Of a stretch of 64,000 nucleotides of DNA, positions 32,480 to 40,140 are shown one piece after another. The notes beneath the pieces are model-generated. The model saw only the letters and a list, made by a program, of their open reading frames with translations. It searched no databases and was not told the DNA's origin. Source of the stretch: an uncultured Planctomycetota bacterium (lineage in GTDB: Bacteria; Planctomycetota; Planctomycetia; Isosphaerales; Isosphaeraceae); assembly GCA_963823665.1 (NCBI GenBank), contig CAWGMQ010000004.1, positions 352,001-416,000 on the forward strand. Direction: 5' to 3'. Numbering within the stretch: the first letter of the stretch is position 1; every line of letters begins with the position of its first letter. A program made the translations under genes and the position numbers.

Positions 32480-33634
32480 TCAGTACTGGTCGGCGCTGGT
32501 GACTTCACCGCCGTTGCGGGTCGCCAGGGCTTGATACACGCCGATGAACATTCCCGGCGTCAGCGTGTAGCCGCCGTACATATCGCGCGACAGCCCGATC
32601 GGGTAACCGTTTGACCCGGCCGGAGCAGGTGGGTTGCTGGAGATGCCCGTGCCGGGGATCGGGGTCGCCGCGCCTCCGGCGTTAGTGATCTGCCAGGAGC
32701 TGACGGACTCCTTGAGGAACTTCACCGAACCGTCGGCGAATCCGAAATTGGCCCCGCCGGGGTGGAAGCTCGAGGCAGACGCGACGTAAGCATCGGGACC
32801 GCTATCGAGGCAACAGTAGTCAGGAATCTTGTTGAACGGGTTGATCGGGTAGAAGGCGGTGAAGAGGGTGTCGCCGAAGTTGCCCGACGTCCACCAGTTC
32901 CAGCAGTAGATGTCAGAGGAGTTGAACTTGCCGTGGGCTCGTTCGCCGGCAAGCAGCGTGTTGCTGGTGCCGTCGGTGACGCCCGCCAGCGAAACCGCGC
33001 TCAACATGTAGATCAAACCGTTGGTCTGACTGTCCGGGTAGGTCGTGCCGAACTGGCAGGCTGCGCCGGCGGCCATGCTCGAGTCGGTAAGCCCGTACCA
33101 CTGAAACCATGATCCCGTGTTCCCGGCGTACGATGAGTAGTAGATCGTCAGCGGTGTGGCCATCACGGTGCCGGCGGGGTAGGTGAACTTCAGGTTGGAG
33201 ATCACCGAGTCGCTCGGGCACCAGAGCATCGACTGCCCGACCCCCGAGACCGTCGCATTCTGGGGCGTGTACACGTTCACCAGAAAGTTCATGGAATTGT
33301 ATACGTTGCCCTGCTCGAAGTACTGCGACATGGCCAGGAACCAGCTACCGCTCGTGTAGCAACCGTTGTTCTGCTGCGGGTTCACCTGATACATGATCCC
33401 CTGCGGGAACACGTTGTTGGCACTCAGGTAGTTGTGGGTGGCGATGCCGATCTGCTTCAGGTTGTTGATGCACTGAGCACGACGGGCGGCTTCGCGGGCG
33501 GATTGCACGGCCGGCAGCAGCAGGGCAATCAAAACCGCGATGATCGCGATGACGACGAGCAACTCGATGAGCGTGAAACCACGCTTCGGGCTCTTCACAC
33601 GGGTGCATAGCCTCATGAACAGTCTCCTTTGCAT
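32480..33634 (-). CDS. DUF1559 prepilin-like protein (paralog 2)
   Basis: [14 protein letters not shown]..., [24 protein letters not shown]; shares CWNWWTSGN(F/Y)GDT and TRNGGEV.S.DQY with paralog 1. Confidence 0.95.
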   Translation of the reverse strand: MQRRLFMRLCTRVKSPKRGFTLIELLVVIAIIAVLIALLLPAVQSAREAARRAQCINNLKQIGIATHNYLSANNVFPQGIMYQVNPQQNNGCYTSGSWFLAMSQYFEQGNVYNSMNFLVNVYTPQNATVSGVGQSMLWCPSDSVISNLKFTYPAGTVMATPLTIYYSSYAGNTGSWFQWYGLTDSSMAAGAACQFGTTYPDSQTNGLIYMLSAVSLAGVTDGTSNTLLAGERAHGKFNSSDIYCWNWWTSGNFGDTLFTAFYPINPFNKIPDYCCLDSGPDAYVASASSFHPGGANFGFADGSVKFLKESVSSWQITNAGGAATPIPGTGISSNPPAPAGSNGYPIGLSRDMYGGYTLTPGMFIGVYQALATRNGGEVTSADQY

Positions 33635-33712
33635 GTCGGAAGAACAGACGGATGACGACCGGAATCTACGTCTACGTACAGAATTGGAGAGGATGAGGGA
33701 ACATGGCGCGTG

Positions 33713-33943
33713 CTACTCCTTGGCTGCGTCTTTTGCGATCAGGCTCTTGACACTCTTGGTCACGATGGGCCGTTTACTCTTTGTCGCCTGGTTGACGTCC
33801 TTCTCGTAGGTTGACTTCTGGCTCTTGGCCGATGACGCGTCGACCGTTTCCGAGCCGCAGCCGCAGAGCGCCAGGGCGGCGGCGGTGGCCGAGGAAGCCA
33901 GGAAACTGATGGCGAGTCTTCTCATCGACTTGGAAATAGTCAT
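33713..33943 (-). CDS. Small lipoprotein
   Basis: GGAGA SD; lipobox LCGC; Lys-rich tail. Confidence 0.72.
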   Translation of the reverse strand: MTISKSMRRLAISFLASSATAAALALCGCGSETVDASSAKSQKSTYEKDVNQATKSKRPIVTKSVKSLIAKDAAKE

Positions 33944-34042
33944 CGACGTGGTGTCTCCACAAGGGTACTCAAAACGCAACGATGCCGCGCACGATCAGCG
34001 AGGACCGCGCACGCGTGGATTCTTGCCGGCGCTCTGGCGCAC

Positions 34043-34056
34043 TCAAATCATGTCAC
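34043..34056 (-). promoter_or_regulatory. Candidate shared regulatory motif GTGACATGATTTGA
   Basis: Matches 27102-27115 at 13/14 positions. Confidence 0.45.
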
Positions 34057-34200
34057 GAACGAAAAGCCGTTCGCGCCGAAAAAACTAATTGTTGTTTGCG
34101 CGCAGCGGCAAACCGGCGACGCTCGAGCGGAAGGATTGGCGAATTGGCACTGACACGCGAGATGGCCGGCATTCACCGCGGGCAGCGCCGGGGCACGCCC

Positions 34201-35058
34201 TCAGGTCCGCTCGGGAGTCGGCCTCGACAAGAGTGGCATGAGAAACGCCGCGGCAGCGCGGGCAGCCTCGACCGCGGCGTGGCTGTGACGGCTCAATTCG
34301 ACGTGCACGCCGCCCGGGTAGCCGATCTCGGCTAATGCGCGGCAGATCGGGGGGAAGTCCATCGTCCCTTCACCGAACATCAAGTGCTCGTGGACGCCTC
34401 GAGCCATGTCTTCGATATGGACGTTCACAATCCGGGGACCCCACGCCCTGATCAGAGCCGGAATGTCGCCTTCCTCCAGGCAATGAACGTGCCCCAGGTC
34501 GACGGTGAGCTGAAAGAGGGGGTGATCGATTCGCTCATCGAGCCGGCCAAACTGCTCGAGTGTATCGATGAACATGCCGGGCTCGGGCTCGAATGCCAGC
34601 GGGATGTGCACTCGCTCTGCATGGGCCAGAAGCGGCCGCAACCCTTCGGCAAGCCGGTCCAGGCCCTCACTCTCGAGGGTGGCTAGCGAAGCGCGGCCGG
34701 ACCAGAGCGACACGGCCTGCGCTCCGAGGGCTTCGGCGATGTCGATTGCGCGGTGAAGGAATTCCGATCGAACGGCGCGGCGTGCGGGGTCGGCATCCAT
34801 CAAGGTCGGATCATGTTTCATACGCGGATTGAGCAGGTAGCGAGCGCCGGTCTCGATCACCCGCGAGAGCCCGTGGCGGTCGAGGACTGAGCCGACTTCC
34901 GCAATCTCGCGCTTGAGCGTCTGGGGATCGTCGTAGGGGTCTAAAGCGCCGGCATCGAGGGTGATGGCGATGCTCTGGTAGCCCAGGTCAGCCAGCAGCT
35001 CGATCGCGTCGACAAGACGATGGTGGGCCAGGCCGTTGGTGTTGTAGCCGAGTTTCAT
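34201..35058 (-). CDS. Sugar-phosphate isomerase/epimerase (xylose-isomerase-like TIM barrel)
   Basis: MKLGYNTNG..HHRL, VIETGARYLL.P..KH.PTL, FEPEPGM, DLGH, HIEDM..GVHEHL.FGEG, VELSRHSH. Confidence 0.88.
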   Translation of the reverse strand: MKLGYNTNGLAHHRLVDAIELLADLGYQSIAITLDAGALDPYDDPQTLKREIAEVGSVLDRHGLSRVIETGARYLLNPRMKHDPTLMDADPARRAVRSEFLHRAIDIAEALGAQAVSLWSGRASLATLESEGLDRLAEGLRPLLAHAERVHIPLAFEPEPGMFIDTLEQFGRLDERIDHPLFQLTVDLGHVHCLEEGDIPALIRAWGPRIVNVHIEDMARGVHEHLMFGEGTMDFPPICRALAEIGYPGGVHVELSRHSHAAVEAARAAAAFLMPLLSRPTPERT

Positions 35059-35735
35059 GCGGACTCGGGGTCGACGCCCAGTTCCCGCCGCTTGGCGGCG
35101 TAGCGATCACCACGCTCGCGCTCGGCTTGTGCCAGCGCTTCGGCTGCTTCGCGCTGGTCCAAGATTTCGCAGAATGTCAAGAATCGATTGCCACCCTGGC
35201 CGAAGAACTTCAGCTCGTCAGATTCTTTACCCGGCTCGAATCGAATCTGGAGACGAGGGCTCACAAACCCGGCGATCTCGGGGATCTCGTGCAGTTGACC
35301 GGCTTTCCGTAGCCAGCCTTCGAAATGTCCCGTGTCGGGCTTGTAAATGTAAAGCTCTTCCACGCCGTATTGTTGATAAAACTGCCACTTTCGGAGCGTT
35401 TCTCGAAATCGATCGCGAGTGGGAAGGACCTCAAAGACGACCTGCGGCGCGATATTTCCTTCCATCCACTGCTTATAGGAGCCCCTGTGTCCCTTGGGAC
35501 GACCGAACGCGACCAGCGCATCGGGCCCGGTCCGTATTGTGGGCTCACCCTCGACTGGATACCAAAGCAAGTCGCCTGCAACGAAGACGTCGGGGTCATG
35601 AAAGTTATGAGCCTGCAGCCACTGTGCGATTCGAATGACCCACGTGAAGTGGAGGGTGTCTTCGCCGATCGGCTGGCCATCCGAGTCCGGGTACTCGATC
35701 GATTGCTTGGCGGTGGACTGGGTCGCGGATGTCAT
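35055..35735 (-). CDS. Uma2/DUF820-family PD-(D/E)xK endonuclease-like protein
   Basis: IEYPDSDGQP, FVAGDLLWYPVEG, PD.LVAFGRPKG.RGSYKQW.E....PQVVFEV, FY..YGVEE.YIY.P. Confidence 0.88.
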   Translation of the reverse strand: MTSATQSTAKQSIEYPDSDGQPIGEDTLHFTWVIRIAQWLQAHNFHDPDVFVAGDLLWYPVEGEPTIRTGPDALVAFGRPKGHRGSYKQWMEGNIAPQVVFEVLPTRDRFRETLRKWQFYQQYGVEELYIYKPDTGHFEGWLRKAGQLHEIPEIAGFVSPRLQIRFEPGKESDELKFFGQGGNRFLTFCEILDQREAAEALAQAERERGDRYAAKRRELGVDPESA

Positions 35736-35821
35736 GGTTGTCGACACATCAAATGGGTTGGGCATTCTCGCTGGACCATATGGCAACTATCCGAGGAATC
35801 GCTGCACTTCGATAGAACAAT

Positions 35822-36559
35822 TCAGTCAGACTCTAAGCCCAGGGTCCGAAGCTGGGCAGCAAGTCGATCGGCTCGCTCTTTTTCGGCTGCGGCTCGCTCC
35901 CTTTCGGCGTCAGCTCGCTCGCTTTCGGCGGCGGCGAGGTTTTCAGCGGTGCTCGCACGCTTTTCGGCGCCTTTCCGTCGACCGATGTCCACGTTGGGCC
36001 TCTGAAAAAGCTCGCCATCCGGCCAGAAGATCTTCAAGTTGTCCGAACCCGGCCCCGGCTCAAAGCGAATCTGCAACCGACGGCTGACGAATCCGAAGAC
36101 AGCCTTGACCCTGACCAGTCGCGGCCCTCTGCGAAGCAATGCCTCGAATCTGCCATCATCGGGGTCGTAGATGTAGTATTCCTCAACACCATACTGCTCG
36201 TAAAACTTGAACTTTCTTTCCATTTCTTCAGGCCGATTGCCGGGAGACAGGGTCTCGAACACCACCTGGGGCGCGATATTCACTTCTTCCCACTGTTTGT
36301 ATGAACCGCGCCTGCCTTTGGGTCGCCCAAATGCGACCAGGGCATCCGGTGCGGCTCGGATGGTTGGCTCACCGTCGACGGGATACCACAAGAGGTTGCC
36401 TGCCACGAACACGTTGGGATCATCGAGGAAGACCGCTTGAAGGTTTTCCACGATCAAGACGATCCACCCGAACTGCAGTGAATTGTCAGACATCGGCTCG
36501 CCGTCGTCGTCGGGGTATTCGATCGCTGGCTTCGCGCTCTGCTTGATCGCGGATGTCAT
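35822..36559 (-). CDS. Uma2/DUF820-family protein (tandem paralog)
   Basis: IEYPDDDGEPMSDN, APDALVAFGRPKG.RGSY, VFETLSPGN, YGVEEYYIYDP; coiled-coil tail. Confidence 0.9.
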   Translation of the reverse strand: MTSAIKQSAKPAIEYPDDDGEPMSDNSLQFGWIVLIVENLQAVFLDDPNVFVAGNLLWYPVDGEPTIRAAPDALVAFGRPKGRRGSYKQWEEVNIAPQVVFETLSPGNRPEEMERKFKFYEQYGVEEYYIYDPDDGRFEALLRRGPRLVRVKAVFGFVSRRLQIRFEPGPGSDNLKIFWPDGELFQRPNVDIGRRKGAEKRASTAENLAAAESERADAERERAAAEKERADRLAAQLRTLGLESD

Positions 36560-36665
36560 GGTCGTCAGGACCTCATTATCACGTGGCTCGCCCGCTCGAT
36601 ACCATACACCATGAATTATCCCGCGTTATGCTCGCCGCGGCCAGACCAAGCCTGGTTGCACGTCA

Positions 36666-37577
36666 TCAAGTCGAATAGAGCCACCTGCCCAGGATGAAGG
36701 CAGGAAGCCAGAGCGCGGCGATCGGAAGTGCGAGCGCCGGGCCCCGGACCGCGGCGATCAGACCGACGTGCAGCCACACCAGGCTCAAGATTCCCGTTTT
36801 GATGTACCGTTGGATGCGCTCGGGAACCGGGCGCTCGATCGCACGCGAGGCCGCGACGCTCACGGCAACTGCGACCAGGGCCAGGACGAGAAGCCCCTCG
36901 AGCGGAACGATGGGCCTGTCCGCGGCTGGAACAGGAAATCGTTGTCCCGAAAAACTGACGGCTGCCAGCGCGACGATGGCCGTCATCTGAAAGACCAGTC
37001 CGGCGACCAGCGACGCGCGCGCGCCTCCTATGGCTTCGGAACGGCTGGCGATCGTGATGCCGGCGACATAAATTCCGTATGCGAGGGCGGCGAGCCACGC
37101 GACCGGACCACCGAAGGCTGCGGCGTGCGTCATGCCCAGCAGAAGGTTCAAGCCGCGGCACGCACCCATCACTTCGGGCCCGAGCAACGTGTGCTTCAAC
37201 CCGGAGTCATAGCTCAGTATGGCGAGTGCCAGCACGGCCGCCAGCAAGCCGCTCATGATCGAACCGCTGGCAAGCGCCAGGCACGGGCCCAGCAAGAGCC
37301 CCAGCCCGCCCAGCCACGCGGCGACGCGCCTGGAGACGCGGCCCGAAGGGAGCGGCCGGCCGGGCCGTTCGATGCGGTCGATCTCGAAGTCGAGCACGTC
37401 GTTGAGTATCGTGCCCGACGCGTACAACACCATCGACGAGACCACGAGTGGAAGCCACCGCCAAGGGGCACTGAGTGAACCGGTCACCAGCAGCCAACCC
37501 GCCAGACTGTCGGCTGCGGCGGTCACGACGTTCGGCAGGCGAATCAGTTGAAGAAAAGCGAGTGTTGACTTGGGCAT
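36666..37577 (-). CDS. UbiA-family prenyltransferase (EboC/SCO3242-like)
   Basis: LIRLPNVVTAAAD, LYASG..LND..D.EID..ERP.RPLPSG, YD...K......MGACRGLNLLLG; multiple TM helices. Confidence 0.9.
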   Translation of the reverse strand: MPKSTLAFLQLIRLPNVVTAAADSLAGWLLVTGSLSAPWRWLPLVVSSMVLYASGTILNDVLDFEIDRIERPGRPLPSGRVSRRVAAWLGGLGLLLGPCLALASGSIMSGLLAAVLALAILSYDSGLKHTLLGPEVMGACRGLNLLLGMTHAAAFGGPVAWLAALAYGIYVAGITIASRSEAIGGARASLVAGLVFQMTAIVALAAVSFSGQRFPVPAADRPIVPLEGLLVLALVAVAVSVAASRAIERPVPERIQRYIKTGILSLVWLHVGLIAAVRGPALALPIAALWLPAFILGRWLYST

Positions 37578-37688
37578 CGGTGATAGCGGCAGTTCGTCGC
37601 GGCGAAAAGGGAGACTTCCGGTCCGGAGACAGGCGGGATCGGGAGACCCCCGCCCAGCGCGAGTGTTGACTTGGGCATCGGCGAAAGC
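37558..37688. repeat. 30-bp direct repeat (101 bp apart) around a hairpin-containing spacer
   Basis: GCGAGTGTTGACTTGGGCATCGG(T/C)GA(T/A)AGC at 37558 and 37659; the spacer contains GGCGGGATCGGGAGACCCCCGCC. Confidence 0.85.
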
Positions 37689-37690
37689 CA

Positions 37691-38547
37691 TCAAATCGGG
37701 CGCAGTCCGGGCTCCAGAAGCGGGCGCAGGACCGCGAGGGCGTCGCTCGCCGCGCGATCGGGATCGTCCAGGAACGGGTAAAGCTCGACGGTCAACCATC
37801 CGTCATACTCCGTGGCTCGGATCGCCGCGACGACTTCGGCGAAATCAATGGCGCCCGTGCCGGGGACCATGTGATGGTGCACCCGGGTCGAGGCGATATC
37901 TTCGACATGGTAGTGGCGGATGTGCGGGGCGAGCTTGGCAATGCTTCGTGGAAGGTCTTCACTTACGCAGAAGGCGTGGCCGACGTCGAAGTTCAAGCCG
38001 ATCGAAGGGGCGTTTACGCGCTCGGCAACCTCGAGGTATTGATCGGTCGTCTCCAGCAGCAGGCCGGGCTCGGGCTCGATCAGGAGCAGGACGCCGAGCT
38101 TCTCCGCGTGCTCGGCCAGCGGCTTCAAGCCTTCGACGAATAAACCAATCGCCTCCCTGCGCGATTGACCGGAAGCAAGCGGGCCGCCGGGCTCGGTCGT
38201 GATGTGCGGCGCCCGAGCTCGGCGCACAGCGAAAGCGCGCGTCGCGTGTGGTCGATCCTGATCTGGCGATAATGACGGTCGGGCTCGATGAACGAAGGAT
38301 GCCAGTAGGGCTGACGAGGATCGGCCACGGCATTCATCATGAATGCGTTGATGTTGGAGAACGCGAGTCCGGTCTGGTCCATCGCCTTCTTGATCGCCCG
38401 TTTCTGCACGTCGAGCAAGCCAGCCGGCCAGGCATGAGGCACGTCGGCCAGCAGCTCGAGGCCCTCGTAGCCCAGCTTGGCGATCCGGCCGGCAGCCTCT
38501 TCGAAGGGATGTTTGAGATAGGCGTTGGTACTGAAGGCCAGGCGCAT
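37691..38547 (-). CDS. Sugar-phosphate isomerase/epimerase TIM-barrel protein (frameshift near 38212)
   Basis: MRLAFSTNAY, GLELLADVPHAWP, HITTEPGGP, LLIEPEPGLL, NFDVGH, HYHVEDIA..RVHHH..PG.G, VELYP. Confidence 0.88.
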
Positions 38548-38567
38548 GAGGGCAGGTTCCTTCATTG

Positions 38568-38711
38568 GGCTTGGGAGTGGGAGTGAAAATAGAAATACGA
38601 ATGAGAATAAGATTAGGATTAGGATTAAGATTAGGATTAAGATTAGGATTAAGATTAGGATTAAGATTAGGATTAAGATTAAGATTAGGATTAAGAATAA
38701 GAATAAGAATA
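38568..38711. repeat. AT-rich hexamer microsatellite, core (A(A/G)GATT) x14 at 38609-38692
   Basis: Directly visible; flanked by degenerate in-phase hexamers (AAGAAT x3, GGAGTG x2). Confidence 0.95.
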
Positions 38712-38713
38712 CA

Positions 38714-39931
38714 TCAAGGTGAGGCATCGGCTTTGGGGCGGGCCAGATACTCGCTCAGGAAGGTGAATTGCTTGAAGAAATCGTGATCGGCATGACCCTC
38801 GGGGCTCTTGAAAAAGCAGGCGAGGTGCCGCATCAGTCCCGAGCCGCCGCGCTGCTTTTCGAGGTCGGCCAGGCGGGCCAGGTCAATGGCCAACGGGGCC
38901 GCGAGCAGGCTGTCGCACCCTTGCCAGGTGAACTGGAGCGCCATCTTGGTGCCCAGGAATCCCTGGAAATGGATGTGGTCCCAGGCGGTTTTCCAGTCAC
39001 CCATGTCGGGAAGATACTCGATGGTCACGACCGAGCTGGGACGGTAGCCCAGGATTTCGTAGAGGACTCTGTCTTTGGTTTCGACCTTGGAGGACTTGTT
39101 GGCCGGGTCGTCGAGCACGAGTCCGTCGCGATTGCCGAAGATGTTGTGGCCGACCCAGCTCATCACCTTCAAATTGCGGGCAGCGAACATGGGGGCGAGC
39201 ACCGTCTTGAGCAGTGTCTCGCCGGTCTTGCCGTCCTTGCCGGCATAAAGCGAGCCGGTTGCGCGCGAGAGCTCGTCCAGGGCGGGGATGGAGGCGCCCA
39301 GGCTCGGTGTGAAATTGATGTACGTGTCGCCCCGCTCGATCGCGGCGAGCGCATAGATGGCGCTGGCAGGAAGGAGCTCGGGGCCGCCGCCCTCAAGTGC
39401 GGCGCTCAAGGAAGCCCAGCGATCATGCACCTCGGAAAGCGCGAACGGGGGCTCGGTGCTGGCGACGTTCAAGACGATCACGTGCTCGAGCGATTCTGCC
39501 TTGGCGAAGGCAGCCAGATCGGCCGCGATCCGGTCGACGGCCTGGCGTGCCGATTGCTGGAGCTTGGTGGTTCCCCAGTTCGCGAGATTCGAGATGGCCT
39601 TGCCGGCCCCGAAATGCGATCCGGGGCGCACCCGCGCGCTCGCGGCGGCCAGCTCGGCTTCGCATGCGGAAAGCCAGCCCGATTCAAAGACCCCGGAGGC
39701 CTGCCGGAACTCCTCGGCCGACTCGGCGAAACTCGTCGCCCGGATGTCGTGACCGCCGATCACGAAGTCACCGACGTCCGGCAGCGGCAGCCCAAGGAAA
39801 GGCGGCAGCTCGGTGACAAGCCCTGTACGGCTTGCCAGACCGCGTTTCATGGCGGCCAGCCCCACCGTGATCGCCGTCCCGACGCCTCCAAACGCTCCAA
39901 CCAACCAGAGGCCGACGCGATGACCACTCAT
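38714..39931 (-). CDS. ino1: Myo-inositol-1-phosphate (inositol-3-phosphate) synthase
   Basis: LNVASTE, YINFTPS, GKDGKTGETLLK, NIFGNRDG.VL, MGDWKTAWDHIHF.GFLG..M..QFTWQGCDSLLAAPL.IDL, FFKSP. Confidence 0.92.
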   Translation of the reverse strand: MSGHRVGLWLVGAFGGVGTAITVGLAAMKRGLASRTGLVTELPPFLGLPLPDVGDFVIGGHDIRATSFAESAEEFRQASGVFESGWLSACEAELAAASARVRPGSHFGAGKAISNLANWGTTKLQQSARQAVDRIAADLAAFAKAESLEHVIVLNVASTEPPFALSEVHDRWASLSAALEGGGPELLPASAIYALAAIERGDTYINFTPSLGASIPALDELSRATGSLYAGKDGKTGETLLKTVLAPMFAARNLKVMSWVGHNIFGNRDGLVLDDPANKSSKVETKDRVLYEILGYRPSSVVTIEYLPDMGDWKTAWDHIHFQGFLGTKMALQFTWQGCDSLLAAPLAIDLARLADLEKQRGGSGLMRHLACFFKSPEGHADHDFFKQFTFLSEYLARPKADASP

Positions 39932-40140
39932 GTGGGAAAGAACCTGTGGGCCCGATCAAAGGCCGCAAGGAAGTGAGGGAGAGAAAGAGAAGCGGCTACC
40001 TCGAGGTCGAGTCCGGCACCAGGACGGAACCGGCGCACACCCGGCGGGTGGTCGCGGACAACGAATTCATTATGGCTCGGCAGGGCGGGGCATTCAACCG
40101 TCGCGCACACGAAACACGAGTCTTCCGTCGCGCCCTCCAG

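Noticed and set aside
38768..39976. 402-aa plus-strand ORF, and similar shadows at 18444-19292, 19842-20987 and 3320-4324
   Set aside because: Antisense to well-supported genes; long shadow ORFs are expected at high GC.
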